Assembly: GCF_000007005.1 (NCBI RefSeq)
Contig: NC_002754.1
Strand: one strand, 5' to 3'
Length of the DNA stretch: 64,000 nt
From: Saccharolobus solfataricus P2
GTDB lineage: Archaea; Thermoproteota; Thermoprotei_A; Sulfolobales; Sulfolobaceae
Position 1 is the first letter of the stretch, and each line of letters begins with the position of its first letter. Below are positions 32,074 to 42,710 of this stretch, one piece after another. The notes under the pieces were generated by a model, which did no database searches, was not told the origin of the DNA, and worked only from the letters and a program-made list of their open reading frames with translations. A program made the translations under genes and the position numbers.

Positions 32074-33936
32074 ATGTCTAGGCGTAGATTATACAAGGCG
32101 ATATCTAGAACAGCAATAATAATAATTGTAGTAGTAATCATAATTGCAGCAATTGCTGGAGGTCTTGCAGCATATTATAGCTCTAGCAAACCACCCGCTA
32201 CCAGTACGAGTTTAACCAGTACGAGTAGCAGTTTATCCGTGACGACTTCTTCTACAACTTCTACCTTATCTTCTATTACGACAACGACGTCAACTGCTTC
32301 ATCATATGTAGTAGACTTTATAAATCCGTGGGGTGCTGAAGACCCTGTAGGACTAAAATGGATTGGAGGAAATTTCTCAATTTACTACCCTGGCTATTCA
32401 GTGCAATTCACATCATTACCAGGAGCTAGTGGTGTAGAGGAGAGGTATGTTGTAATTAACGATATTGAGGCTGGTAAGCTACAGGGTATCTTTTGGGCTC
32501 ATGGAGGCCCAGAAGTACTTTCCTATGTGGAACTATTACCTAGCCCCCACGATTTATACAATATGACCCCACTGTTAGCCCAAGAGGGATTATTCCAGAA
32601 GGGTGTCACGGAAGCACTTATGGCTATATCTTATAATGGTACAATATTCGGCTCTCCAACAAACGTGCACAGAGCAGAGGAGTTATACTTCAATCCTCAA
32701 ATCCTTAAGAAATACAATTTACCAATTCCTACCAATTTAAGTTTACTAATCTATGATACTCAACAATTAGAAGCACATGGAATAAATCCGTGGGCAATGT
32801 CTGGCGCTGAAGGTGGATATGAACAATTACATTTGTGGTTCGCAATATTCCTATCTGTAGCTGCGCAATACTATGGAGCTGCAGGAGCTGCTAAATTATC
32901 AAATGAGTTAATGTATGGAGTGCTTAACTTAAATAACGTAACAGTTCAAAAGATTATTAACGAAACTGATAACGTATTCTTGCAGTTTGTAGGTCAAAGC
33001 AGTGTGATTCCGAGCTGGCAAAGTCAATCTATATGGTCCGCTTTAGCACTAGTAATAAAGGGACAAACTGTATTCGAAGCTGGTGGCAATTGGCTTGCTG
33101 AATACGCAGCTATATGGTATAATACCACTACTTATCCTGCTACACAACCCTATCTAAACTGGTCCAATATTACACTAATGGCAATGCCATTCCCTGGTAC
33201 ACAAGGTATTTACGTTATAGATATGGACTCTGTTGCAATACCTACTGTTAATAATCCACAAGAGCAAGCTGCTATAAATTTTGCAAAATTCTGGGCTTCT
33301 TATGAAGGACAGAAGATATGGACATACTACAAGGGTGTGTCAATATGGGCTAATTCAACAGATTACTATTCTACTCCAATGCAGTGGTATGATTATCAAT
33401 CTTTACTAAATACGCCAGCACAGAACTTTACATGGGCGTTCGCTGATGGGACCCTATTTGATGATGTGTTCTACTTCCTAATAGCGCAAGAGTTGAATCT
33501 ACAAGAGCAAGGTTCATCGTATATTCCCACATTTAACGCAGCTCTATTCAAAGCTGAAAATATGACATTCCACGAATGGCAAATAGCTGCGAAAGATGGT
33601 TTCGGCTTCGTGGGACAAAGAGGAAATCCATTTGGTAATTATCTACCACCATGGGTTAATCCAAGCACTTATACATATAATTCAAGTTATACTCCATCAT
33701 TCTTACTAACACCACCTCACTATTTATTGCCATATCTTAAGAAACTTGGACAACAGCAATATGCTAATAAGGTTAATAGTGTAAATTACTATGCTATCAA
33801 CGGTGTTAATTTATTACCATTTCCATTGCTAATCGTATTAATGATATATTTAGATCAAACTAGATATAAATATGTTATAAAGACATTCTTAAATAAGATA
33901 AACTTTTTTCAAATATATTTTTATCTAAATTTTTAA
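32074..33936 (+). CDS. araS: Arabinose ABC transporter substrate-binding protein (class III signal peptide)
   Basis: MSRRRLYKA-ISRTAIIIIV prepilin-like signal, Ser/Thr linker, sugar-binding domain, ARA-box promoter. Confidence 0.92.
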   Translation: MSRRRLYKAISRTAIIIIVVVIIIAAIAGGLAAYYSSSKPPATSTSLTSTSSSLSVTTSSTTSTLSSITTTTSTASSYVVDFINPWGAEDPVGLKWIGGNFSIYYPGYSVQFTSLPGASGVEERYVVINDIEAGKLQGIFWAHGGPEVLSYVELLPSPHDLYNMTPLLAQEGLFQKGVTEALMAISYNGTIFGSPTNVHRAEELYFNPQILKKYNLPIPTNLSLLIYDTQQLEAHGINPWAMSGAEGGYEQLHLWFAIFLSVAAQYYGAAGAAKLSNELMYGVLNLNNVTVQKIINETDNVFLQFVGQSSVIPSWQSQSIWSALALVIKGQTVFEAGGNWLAEYAAIWYNTTTYPATQPYLNWSNITLMAMPFPGTQGIYVIDMDSVAIPTVNNPQEQAAINFAKFWASYEGQKIWTYYKGVSIWANSTDYYSTPMQWYDYQSLLNTPAQNFTWAFADGTLFDDVFYFLIAQELNLQEQGSSYIPTFNAALFKAENMTFHEWQIAAKDGFGFVGQRGNPFGNYLPPWVNPSTYTYNSSYTPSFLLTPPHYLLPYLKKLGQQQYANKVNSVNYYAINGVNLLPFPLLIVLMIYLDQTRYKYVIKTFLNKINFFQIYFYLNF

Positions 33937-33971
33937 CCTTTAATTTTACTTTATACTTAGGTGTATAAGTA

Positions 33972-34829
33972 ATGAGGAAAGGAGCCATCTTAATGTCTAT
34001 ACCGGGATTTATATTTGCAGCTTTTTTGATATACTTATTGGCTCTCAATGTTTACTTTTCACTTTTGAATTGGTCATTATTTAATTTACAGCCGAGTTTT
34101 GCAGGTTTAGGCACTTATCAGACTTTATTTTCAGAATACTTTTTTAGTTTAGCCGTTACTCATACAATTGTATATACTATAGCTGCTGTTGCAATAGGTA
34201 ATATACTTGGAATACTGGGAGCTGGAATTTTATATTTTTTAAAGAGTAATACGAGAAGAGCCATTTACTTATCTGTATTTTTATATCCCTTAGCTGTACC
34301 TTCTTCTACTTACGCCATAACTTGGCAGTGGTTATTTAATCCTCAAACTGGCATTAATTTAGTCTTAAGAATATTCCACTTCCCAAATATAATTTGGCTA
34401 ACTACACAACCCACTATTTACGCAGGGATGATAATTATAGAAACATGGGCATATACTGGTTTAGCAGTGCTATTCTTTCTTGCTTCTTTTATGAGCGTGG
34501 ATAAATCTATTATTGAGGCAGCTAAAATAGATGGTGCAAATAATTTTTATTTATTATTTAGGATCATATTACCAAACTCAATGAATGGACTAATAGTATC
34601 TACAGCTCTTCTATTTCTATTCTCATTTAGAATATTTACTGTACCGTTTACTATAGGAGGTCCTACAAACCCAAATATGATGAGCCTAGTAGAATATATT
34701 TACATTTTGTTTAGTACTGAGTATTTCTCTTTATCTTCAGCATTATCATCGTTAGTGGCATTAATAGCTGCAGTAGTAATTATTCCTTACGCAATACTAG
34801 GTTTAAAAAGATGGGTGTTTAGAAGGTGA
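33972..34829 (+). CDS. araT: Sugar ABC permease
   Basis: EAAKIDGA loop, TM segments, operon position. Confidence 0.9.
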   Translation: MRKGAILMSIPGFIFAAFLIYLLALNVYFSLLNWSLFNLQPSFAGLGTYQTLFSEYFFSLAVTHTIVYTIAAVAIGNILGILGAGILYFLKSNTRRAIYLSVFLYPLAVPSSTYAITWQWLFNPQTGINLVLRIFHFPNIIWLTTQPTIYAGMIIIETWAYTGLAVLFFLASFMSVDKSIIEAAKIDGANNFYLLFRIILPNSMNGLIVSTALLFLFSFRIFTVPFTIGGPTNPNMMSLVEYIYILFSTEYFSLSSALSSLVALIAAVVIIPYAILGLKRWVFRR

Positions 34830-34835
34830 GGTAAA

Positions 34836-35723
34836 ATGGAAAGATCTGTAAGTAAAGGCAGTTATATAACAAGTTCAATTAAGTATGCATTATTGGAAAT
34901 AATAGCTGCAATACTCGTTATCATGTGGTTGGTTCCGTTGTACGCTATGATTTTAGGGGGATTAAAATCCAATTTAGAAGCAGCTAGTACTCCGATACTC
35001 CTTCCTCCATCTAAGCCATCACTAGACGCGTACGCTTTTGCTTGGTTTGGATATGCAACTATTCCCGGATTGGAACCAACACTGTTAAGATATCTCCTTG
35101 TAGCCATACCATCCGTATTACTATCGGTAGTAATAGGGACGATGACTGCTTATTTCTTCTTTGTACTTAGTGAGAAACATGGAATAATAAGCAATGGCTT
35201 ATTTTCCATAATGGCCTTAGCAACCTTCCTTCCTATAGAAACAGTTACGTTTCCATTGATTGAGTTAGAGACTTCTCTAAACGTTTACAATACTTATATA
35301 GGGTTGATATTCGCTATGCTAATATTCTATGTACCGACTTCTGCGTTACTAATGTCAATATTTCTTCCCGTAGTTCCTAAGTACTTAATAGAATCAGCTA
35401 GAATGGATGGAGCTGGAGACTGGACTATACTGTGGAGAGTAGTATTCCCATTGATATTCCCCGGATTCCTATCAACTTTAATATTCGTTTTCTTACAGAT
35501 TTGGAATGAGTTCTTCATACCATTAATACTTACAAATACACCAAACATGTTAATGTTACCGGTAGCAGCTAGATTCTATACTGCTGCCTATGCGTTAATT
35601 TATAATAGGTCGTTTGCAGCTGGAGTTATTTCTTCCTTAATACCGTTAATAATATTTATATTTCTCGGAAGATATTTTATACGTGGATTAGCAGCATTAG
35701 GTGGAGGAGCTAAAGGGGTGTAG
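34836..35723 (+). CDS. araU: Sugar ABC permease
   Basis: ESARMDGA loop, WNEF motif. Confidence 0.9.
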   Translation: MERSVSKGSYITSSIKYALLEIIAAILVIMWLVPLYAMILGGLKSNLEAASTPILLPPSKPSLDAYAFAWFGYATIPGLEPTLLRYLLVAIPSVLLSVVIGTMTAYFFFVLSEKHGIISNGLFSIMALATFLPIETVTFPLIELETSLNVYNTYIGLIFAMLIFYVPTSALLMSIFLPVVPKYLIESARMDGAGDWTILWRVVFPLIFPGFLSTLIFVFLQIWNEFFIPLILTNTPNMLMLPVAARFYTAAYALIYNRSFAAGVISSLIPLIIFIFLGRYFIRGLAALGGGAKGV

Positions 35724-35728
35724 AGATA

Positions 35729-36844
35729 ATGACCACAATTAGAGTAGAAAATCTATCCAAAATATTCAAAAAAGGTAAAACAGAAGTAAAGGCAGTGGAT
35801 AATGTGTCAATAACAATAGACTCGGGAATGGCTTTTGGTGTTTTAGGACCAAGCGGTCACGGAAAGACTACATTTCTAAGGTTGATAGCAGGATTAGAAG
35901 AACCTACTAGTGGTTATATATATTTCGATAATGAGGCAGTATCATCACCACGTAGAGTTATGATGAGTCCGGAGAAAAGAGGCATTGCAATGGTTTTTCA
36001 GAATTGGGCCTTATATCCCAATATGACTGTTTTCGATAATATAGCCTTTCCATTAAAACTGGCCAAGGTACCTAAAGATAAGATAGAAAACAAGGTTAAG
36101 GAAGTTTCTGAAGAATTAGGTTTATCCGGTGTTTTAAACAGATACCCTAAGGAACTGTCTGGAGGTCAAATGCAAAGAACAGCAATAGCTAGAGCGTTAG
36201 TAAAAGATCCTAAGGTTCTTCTGTTAGACGAGCCCTTCAGTAATCTGGATGCACAGATTAGGGAAAGCGCAAGGGCTTTAGTAAGGAAGATACAAAGAGA
36301 GAGAAAGCTAACTACACTAATTGTATCCCATGACCCAGCAGACATATTTGCTATAGCAAATAAAGCTGGAGTTATTGTTAATGGAAAATTCGCCCAAATA
36401 GGTACTCCAACTGAAATATATGAATATCCTGCGACAGATCTAATAGCTAGGCTAACTGGTGAAATAAACTTGATACAAGCAAAGATAATAGAAAATAATG
36501 CGATAATAGCTAACTTAAAAGTACCCCTAAATAATATGGAATTAAAAGGACAAAGCAATATAGTTATAGGGTTAAGACCAGATGACCTAACTCTTTCTGA
36601 TACTTTACTAGATAAGTATATAGACATGGGTATTGTAAAAGTAAAGTTGGTAAGTTATGGTGCTGGTATATTTAAGATAGTTGTATCTCCAATTACTGAC
36701 GAAAATATAGATATAATAGTTGATGCAGAAGAACCATTAGAGACTGGAATTGAAACTCATCTACTAGCTAAACCAAATAAAGTAAAAATATTCGATCTGA
36801 ATGGGAGTAATTTGATTACTAGTAAAACACAAATTATAAAATAG
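35729..36844 (+). CDS. araV: Sugar ABC ATPase (GlcV/MalK-like)
   Basis: GPSGHGKT, LSGGQ, LLLDEP and a C-terminal OB-like domain. Confidence 0.92.
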   Translation: MTTIRVENLSKIFKKGKTEVKAVDNVSITIDSGMAFGVLGPSGHGKTTFLRLIAGLEEPTSGYIYFDNEAVSSPRRVMMSPEKRGIAMVFQNWALYPNMTVFDNIAFPLKLAKVPKDKIENKVKEVSEELGLSGVLNRYPKELSGGQMQRTAIARALVKDPKVLLLDEPFSNLDAQIRESARALVRKIQRERKLTTLIVSHDPADIFAIANKAGVIVNGKFAQIGTPTEIYEYPATDLIARLTGEINLIQAKIIENNAIIANLKVPLNNMELKGQSNIVIGLRPDDLTLSDTLLDKYIDMGIVKVKLVSYGAGIFKIVVSPITDENIDIIVDAEEPLETGIETHLLAKPNKVKIFDLNGSNLITSKTQIIK

Positions 36845-36914
36845 TTGGGGAAGTTTTATATTTATTAAAACATTATACTTAATCTTTTTTATTATGTTAC
36901 CCTATAGTTTTGTT

Positions 36915-36940
36915 AACAGGTTAGCGAAAACGTTATTATA
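36915..36940 (+). promoter_or_regulatory. ARA-box-like AACAGGTT + 10 nt + TTATTATA
   Basis: Same spacing as at araS; the TATA box ends 24 nt before ATG 36964. Confidence 0.6.
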
Positions 36941-36963
36941 ATGACAATAACTTATTTTTCAAT

Positions 36964-37695
36964 ATGATTGAGGAGTTATTCGATCAAATGTCAAAGGGTA
37001 ACTTATTACTAATAGATATGACTTACGACATGTTTAATGGAATGCAGACGTATATCGGAGATCCACCATTTAAACACGAATATTTTAGGAAAGGTAATAA
37101 ATATGGCGAAGTTACACTTTCAACAGTATACATGGGGCTACACTCTGGCACTCATATAGACCTCCCTTTACATTTCGTACCTAATGGAGAAAGTGTTGAA
37201 AAATTTAACATAATACAATTTATAGGTTATGGCAACGTTTTAGACTTAAGTTATAAGAAGTTAGGAGAACCAATATCTAGCAACGATCTAAAGAAGTTTG
37301 ATGACAGGATAAAAGAGAATTACGTTGTAATGCTCTACACTGGTTTCTCAGCAACAAGGGGTAAAGAGGACTTCCTATACAATTGGCCTTATCTTGATTC
37401 TAACGGTGCTGATTACTTGGTGAGTAAAAAGATAAGAGCTGTGGGAATAGAAAGCATGAGTATTGCTGGTTGGGCAGGAAAGGAATATCCTCCTAGAACA
37501 AACTGGGATGAGGTAGTTTACGTACATCATAAGTTGCTTAGTAATGACATAATAATATTGGAAAGCGTGAACAATATGAAGAAAGTGTTAGAAGAGTGTA
37601 AAAATGGTGAGGCACTATTCTTCTATGCGCCTCTAAAAATCGTTGGTGCTGAGGGAGGACCAACTAGGTTATTTGCTATTTGTGAGAAAAGATGA
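36964..37695 (+). CDS. Cyclase/kynurenine-formamidase family metal-dependent hydrolase
   Basis: HSGTHIDLPLHF (HxGTHxDxPxH) and GAEGGPTR. Confidence 0.88.
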   Translation: MIEELFDQMSKGNLLLIDMTYDMFNGMQTYIGDPPFKHEYFRKGNKYGEVTLSTVYMGLHSGTHIDLPLHFVPNGESVEKFNIIQFIGYGNVLDLSYKKLGEPISSNDLKKFDDRIKENYVVMLYTGFSATRGKEDFLYNWPYLDSNGADYLVSKKIRAVGIESMSIAGWAGKEYPPRTNWDEVVYVHHKLLSNDIIILESVNNMKKVLEECKNGEALFFYAPLKIVGAEGGPTRLFAICEKR

Positions 37696-38577
37696 AAGAT
37701 CTTTTATCATCCCTCGTATTTTACTCTCTTCTTCACATATTGATAAAGGAGGTCTTACTACGTTTTTTATAGGCATATTCAATACCTTAAGCAGTAGTTT
37801 AATTGATGCAGTATACGAGTTACAATAATCGTAAATATCAGTTAGGTTTAATACGTTTCTCCAGTATTTATTAGCGTCAGAAAGATTGCCATTTTTCCAA
37901 CTTTCGTACACTTTCAAATGGAGCTTTGGGATGGCGTTGGCTAGACCCATTACCCCACCATTACCACCCATATATAGAAGTGGTAATAGGTACTCGTCAA
38001 ACCCCGTAAGTATTGAAAAGTCCTTTCTTATTTCTCTTATTTCACTAATCAACTTCTTGAAGAAAATTAGGCTGTCTAGGGTTACTTTAGTTCCAATTAT
38101 ATTGGAGTGTTGAGATACTAACATCTTGTAAACTGAGATTGGTATGTCGATTCCGGTGAAGAGGGGTATATTGTATATAATGATAGGAAGATCCACTTTC
38201 TCAGCTATCATTGAAAAGTGATCCAACAACTCTTTTTCTCTTACCTTAAAGAAATATGGAGCCATTACTACTATTGCATCAACTCCCATATCCTTAAAAT
38301 CCTTAGCTAGCTTTATGGTTTCCTCTGTAAAGTTAGTAGAAGCTCCCGCGAAAATTAATGTGCTGTAACTTTTTCTGGAATCTAAGGCTATCTTTGTTAC
38401 TAGTTTCATTTCGTCTAGAGTTAAGCTTGCGAACTCACCTACGCTTGAATTTACGAATATTCCGTTAACCCCATTTTCACTTAAGTAAGATACTAACCAT
38501 TTAAGACCTTCCTTATCTATTGAATAATCCTCTAAAAAGGGTGTGATTAATGGAACTACTACACCTTCTAATCTCAT
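37669..38577 (-). CDS. DapA/NAL/KDG-aldolase family class I aldolase
   Basis: PLITPF, NSSVGEF, IYNIP and the Schiff-base Lys in IGTKVT. Confidence 0.88.
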   Translation of the reverse strand: MRLEGVVVPLITPFLEDYSIDKEGLKWLVSYLSENGVNGIFVNSSVGEFASLTLDEMKLVTKIALDSRKSYSTLIFAGASTNFTEETIKLAKDFKDMGVDAIVVMAPYFFKVREKELLDHFSMIAEKVDLPIIIYNIPLFTGIDIPISVYKMLVSQHSNIIGTKVTLDSLIFFKKLISEIREIRKDFSILTGFDEYLLPLLYMGGNGGVMGLANAIPKLHLKVYESWKNGNLSDANKYWRNVLNLTDIYDYCNSYTASIKLLLKVLNMPIKNVVRPPLSICEEESKIRGMIKDLSSFLTNSK

Positions 38578-38614
38578 AAATATAAATAAACGCTACACGG
38601 CTTTAATATTTTAA

Positions 38615-39376
38615 TTAGAAAGTCCCTCCTCCTAATATATCCAGCAATACTTCAAGTCCGTAAGTGGTCGCTATACCTATAAATAGCCATGTCCAGAACC
38701 TAGCCTTAAATCCACCTAGTAGTGATGCTGCGTTTATGTTAATCCTAATCATCACAAACACTAAGGAAGCTGAGGCCACTACGTTAAGAAATGCTAAGAA
38801 TATTTCGTTTGAAATACCAAGATAGTATATTGAAGCTCCTAAGGTAGTAGGTAAACCAGCAAGTAGGGATAGTGGTATTAGAACCTTTAGCCCCATTACT
38901 CTTTTTGACATTACTGCTGGTGACGATATGGCAAATCCCTCAGTCGCGTTGTGAACAGCGAACCCTATCGTAAAAGCCCAGGCTGCAGCTACTGACCCTG
39001 ATAATAATGCTGCGGCTATGGCAAATCCTTCCCCTATATTGTGAAATCCTAGAGCGCTAGCCACAACAACCGGCAATCCTTCACCACTTGGGTTCTTTTC
39101 TAAAAGACTTAAAAGCAACCATGTTCCTATTAGTCCTATTGAAGTTAAGATAAGGGCAACGGTGAAATCTGGGTAATCTTTGACCGCTAAGAAATTGGTA
39201 ACTATTTCTTCAGCTTCCGAACCAGTATCCAATGCTAAATATGATAATATTCCTCCAGTAAACGCTCCTAGATATCCAATTGTTGTTTTGTTGAATTTCC
39301 CTTTGGATATTATTATTGCTCCTATAGCAACCGTACCTCCTGCTATTAGACCTAAAAGGATTGGGAAGTAATTCAT
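38615..39376 (-). CDS. ZIP family metal transporter
   Basis: HNIGEG and HNATEG metal-binding helices. Confidence 0.88.
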   Translation of the reverse strand: MNYFPILLGLIAGGTVAIGAIIISKGKFNKTTIGYLGAFTGGILSYLALDTGSEAEEIVTNFLAVKDYPDFTVALILTSIGLIGTWLLLSLLEKNPSGEGLPVVVASALGFHNIGEGFAIAAALLSGSVAAAWAFTIGFAVHNATEGFAISSPAVMSKRVMGLKVLIPLSLLAGLPTTLGASIYYLGISNEIFLAFLNVVASASLVFVMIRININAASLLGGFKARFWTWLFIGIATTYGLEVLLDILGGGTF

Positions 39377-39523
39377 TTCTTTTCGCCATGTCGTAATTGG
39401 ATAAAGAAACTTATAAGCTTATCTATCATATCAATTATATAGATTAAATAGAGTATTGAATCTCCATATTTTTCTCATAAAGAAATCTTGATTACGTAAA
39501 TATTATGGACTAACTGCATAAAA

Positions 39524-40175
39524 TTACTCTATAATCTTCTTAAACCTTATAGATGCTAAGAAGTACATTACTACGTTAAATATTAAAATGGCTAAAACAT
39601 CACATACTACACCATCTGTATTACCAGTTATCATTAGCCTCCTACAAATATCTATAATATAAGTTAATGGATTACCTAAGGCATTAGTTCTATGTGTAAA
39701 GTCCATTACTAGCTAAGAATAAGGGCATAGTTATTACTTGCCCTATTCCCATAAATATCTCCATGGTTTTCATGAAAGAGACTAGATCGTTTCTGATCTC
39801 GTATAATCCTAACCTATATAGCTAGAATGTATTCTATTTTTCCTTCCTCTCCGAGGATGGTATACCGTAAATTTTACTGTAAATTAGTAAATTGTCGTAT
39901 GCAGTGATATCGGTCCAAACACTTATCTCTTGAGGGACGTATCCTATTATTTTTCTAGCTTTGTTTGCATCATCAGTTACATTATAACCACCAATATAAG
40001 CCGAACCTCCACTTGGTGGTATTTGAGTTGATAATATCCTGATTAAGGTTGTTTTTCCTGCGCCGTTAGGACGTAGAAGGGCAAACGCAGTGCCCCACTC
40101 AACTTCTAAGTCAATTCCATTAAGTGCCTTTACTTTGCCATTATATGTCTTAACAAGCCTTTTACGTAAACAGCA
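39524..40175 (-). pseudogene. Collapsed ABC-2 exporter remnant (ATPase N-terminus plus permease C-terminus)
   Basis: Minus strand reads LVKTYNGKVKALNGIDL..LLRPNGAGKTT (Walker A G>R)..GYVPQE, then stops; the permease tail NPLTYIIDICR is at 39524-39700. Confidence 0.8.
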
Positions 40176-40541
40176 AAGCTATTAAAAAACACAAGATATC
40201 GTAACCGAAACGAATTTTAAAGTTAACTGAGAGATTAAAGAAGATTTACCATCTTTATTTAACAGAGTCAACTAGCTGATAATAATTTACCATCCCTAAC
40301 TGTTAAATAATGTCTTTCTAATCAAGAAGTTACTTAAAGTTTCTGTACGTACATTAGCTTCGTTTAAGAACTCACTCCCATTCGCTCTTTCTATAAACTA
40401 ATTTTAATAACCTTTCCTCTATTTACTTTCCCTCAACAATGTTCTTCAGCCCTTTCAACACACTCATTGTTTTCCAAAAATAGTTTACCTATAATCTCCC
40501 GCTACAGTATACTTAAATATCTTACTGATTATTTTCACAAT

Positions 40542-41321
40542 ATGAGGGATAAAATAATTTTATTTTTAGGAGGTGTAGCCTTTGGAACAGCTGCAATATT
40601 TGTAAAATTTTGTACTATAACTCCTCCTTTTATAACTTTTCTAAGATTTTTAATAGCAGGGATTCTTCTTCTCCCATTCGTGTCAAAGAGAAGAAGGAAA
40701 ATCATCTTAAAACGATTTATCTTACCATCTCTGTTTCTTTCTCTTCACATGTTATTCTTTGTTTCTAGTGTATTTCTAACTACAATAGCTTCATCAACCA
40801 TTCTAGTCTCTACTAGCCCGATATTTGCAATGTTATTTAAGAAGAAAATTGATCCTTTCATAATTATGGCAATCCTAGGAATATTTATCATGAATTTTAA
40901 CACTTCGTTTGGATATATTTTTGGCAATGTACTCGCTATACTTTCAGCAATTTCATTTGCAATTTACACATATTTCCTTTCTAGACTAGATTATGATTCT
41001 CTTTCAATCATACCTATTATTTATCTAATATCCTCTATTTTTATGATCCCAGTCCTTCCATTTTACGGTTTAGGTGATATTAACCCAATATCAATATTAG
41101 CTGTACTAGGTTTAGTGTTAGTTCCAACTCTTATTGGCCATGGCTCAGTCATATATACTGCAAATAAGTTGCCGATCAGTTTAGTTACTTCTGCGGAATT
41201 GATTGAACCAGTTATGGCTACAATATTAGCAATACCTATATTTCACCAAATACCAGATACCCAAGAACTCATAGGAGGAACAATAACCTTGATTTCCATA
41301 TATTTTGCATTCAGACGATAA
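40542..41321 (+). CDS. EamA/DMT family transporter
   Basis: FGTAAIFVK, FLRFLIAG and LIEPV motifs; ATG 40542 preferred. Confidence 0.85.
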   Translation: MRDKIILFLGGVAFGTAAIFVKFCTITPPFITFLRFLIAGILLLPFVSKRRRKIILKRFILPSLFLSLHMLFFVSSVFLTTIASSTILVSTSPIFAMLFKKKIDPFIIMAILGIFIMNFNTSFGYIFGNVLAILSAISFAIYTYFLSRLDYDSLSIIPIIYLISSIFMIPVLPFYGLGDINPISILAVLGLVLVPTLIGHGSVIYTANKLPISLVTSAELIEPVMATILAIPIFHQIPDTQELIGGTITLISIYFAFRR

Positions 41322-41617
41322 ACCATTCTATGTTACTATATCAAAAGAGTGCCTTATTATCAACATTAGAGAAGACACTAAGGAAGGGTGTGAAGTATGA
41401 CGCCCTTATGAAGGGCATCCCCATTTCTCGGTAATGGTTTTTACTTCTTAGAGAAACGTCGATCCCCCAGCAGAAGAAATTCCGCCGAACGAAACCGTTC
41501 TGGAATACCCAGTACAGAAGATTGATTAGGTAGGGGCGTTATATATAGGTTGCACTCCAAAGCTTAAGCTCCCCTAGTCCTAAAGCACTATATGCTCTAT
41601 GCCTCTTATATAAAACA

Positions 41618-41639
41618 TATTACTCAGATCTGAGTAATA
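41618..41639. repeat. Perfect 22-bp palindrome at the IS left end
   Basis: TATTACTCAGATCTGAGTAATA. Confidence 0.95.
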
Positions 41640-41758
41640 CAGATCTGACTGGGGTGTAGGCCGTTACGCCTCTTGGGCTCAAAGCTCGGTTGTTAGCTTG
41701 GCTACCTCCCAATTCGAACCGGAAGTTGGGCAAAAAGCCCGAATAAGGGTGAGTATAC
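41634..41758 (+). ncRNA. Putative guide/bridge RNA in the 5' non-coding end
   Basis: Contains exact copies of the left flank (GCCTCTT 41668-74) and right flank (ACCGGAAG 41718-25), each just before a GGGC-N5-GCYC hairpin. Confidence 0.65.
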
Positions 41759-42377
41759 ATGGAGGCCCCAGTTTCAGGAATAGATGTATCAAAAGATAAA
41801 TTAATTATGTATTTCCAAGACAAATACTACGAGTTTGCTAATGATAGGCAAGGGTTTGAGGAGATAAGGAAGATCTTGCCTAAGGGTTGCAAGATAGGTA
41901 TTGAAAGTACTGGAGTTTACCACGTTAACCTAGCAAAGTACTTGATGGGCGAGTATAATGTTAGGATTATTAATCCCTTCATACTCAAGAAGTTCAAGGA
42001 TTTTAGGGGGAAGAAGAGCGACAAGAATGATGCTAGCAGAAATAGTTGTAAGTATGGGTAGTGGGTTTACAACAAGTGAGGCTAGGGAGTTAACTAGCCA
42101 ATGGGATTTTGTTACTAGGAGTATTGCTAGGGTTAAGAATAGATTGAGGAGGGATTTGATACTTTTAGGCTATAAGGATAGTTTATCCAAGAAAAACTTA
42201 GAGGAGGTTTTGAGGGGTGGGGATAGTATAGTGTTGTCTGAGGTTTCTCTTGGAGGAGTTGGAGAGGCTTGAGGCTAGGAAGATTGAGGATAGGCTTGGA
42301 GAGTTAGTTCCCAAGGATAGTTTGATCTTCACGATTCCGGGTATTGATGAAATTTTGGGTTGTATAATTTTAGCAAG

Positions 42378-42710
42378 GGCGTTCAGTAATAAACCTTTTG
42401 GTCAAACTTCAAGCATAGTGTCAACTAAGGTTGCCACGTGGGTCCTTTCAACCCACGTGGCGATTCGGGGGAGGGCTTACTTATTTAGGCTTATAAGGCC
42501 TATTATTATACCAAACACTCCAAACAACCCTTGCCAACTTCCTAGCCAAAGCAGTGTACAACTTATATTCGTGAATTTTATCACAATGTTCAGTCCGACG
42601 GTAGGGGTGAGTCACGCCTCTCGCCGAAGATTTCACTTCAATTTCTAAGTCGACCATGTTTCCCCAGCCGAGGATTATTTTCCTCCTCGGCTAATATAAC
42701 CTATATAGGC
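42378..42710 (-). mobile_element. 330-bp non-autonomous IS110 mini-element (internal deletion derivative of the ISC1190-like family)
   Basis: Both ends are homologous to the 28955-30126 element; GGC duplicated at 42378-80 and 42708-10; removal restores AGC AAG GGC ATA TCT AGG (SKGISR). Confidence 0.88.
42481..42657 (-). CDS. 58-aa residual ORF of the mini-element (in-frame N/C fusion)
   Basis: MVDLEIEVKSSARGVTHPYRRTEHCDKIHEY-KLYTALARKLARVVWSVWYNNRPYKPK; expression unknown. Confidence 0.4.
   Translation of the reverse strand: MVDLEIEVKSSARGVTHPYRRTEHCDKIHEYKLYTALARKLARVVWSVWYNNRPYKPK

Noticed and set aside
41380-41600. GC-richer segment with a GCCCTT-ATG-AAGGGC hairpin and GGGCGTT-A-TATATAGGTT resembling IS110 end sequences
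   Set aside because: The two end-like pieces are in incompatible orientation for a junction or footprint, and no assignable ORF was found; may be a remnant or chance.
42250-42648. 132-aa ORF as a distinct protein
   Set aside because: Transposase fragment reading into the antisense of the nested mini-element.
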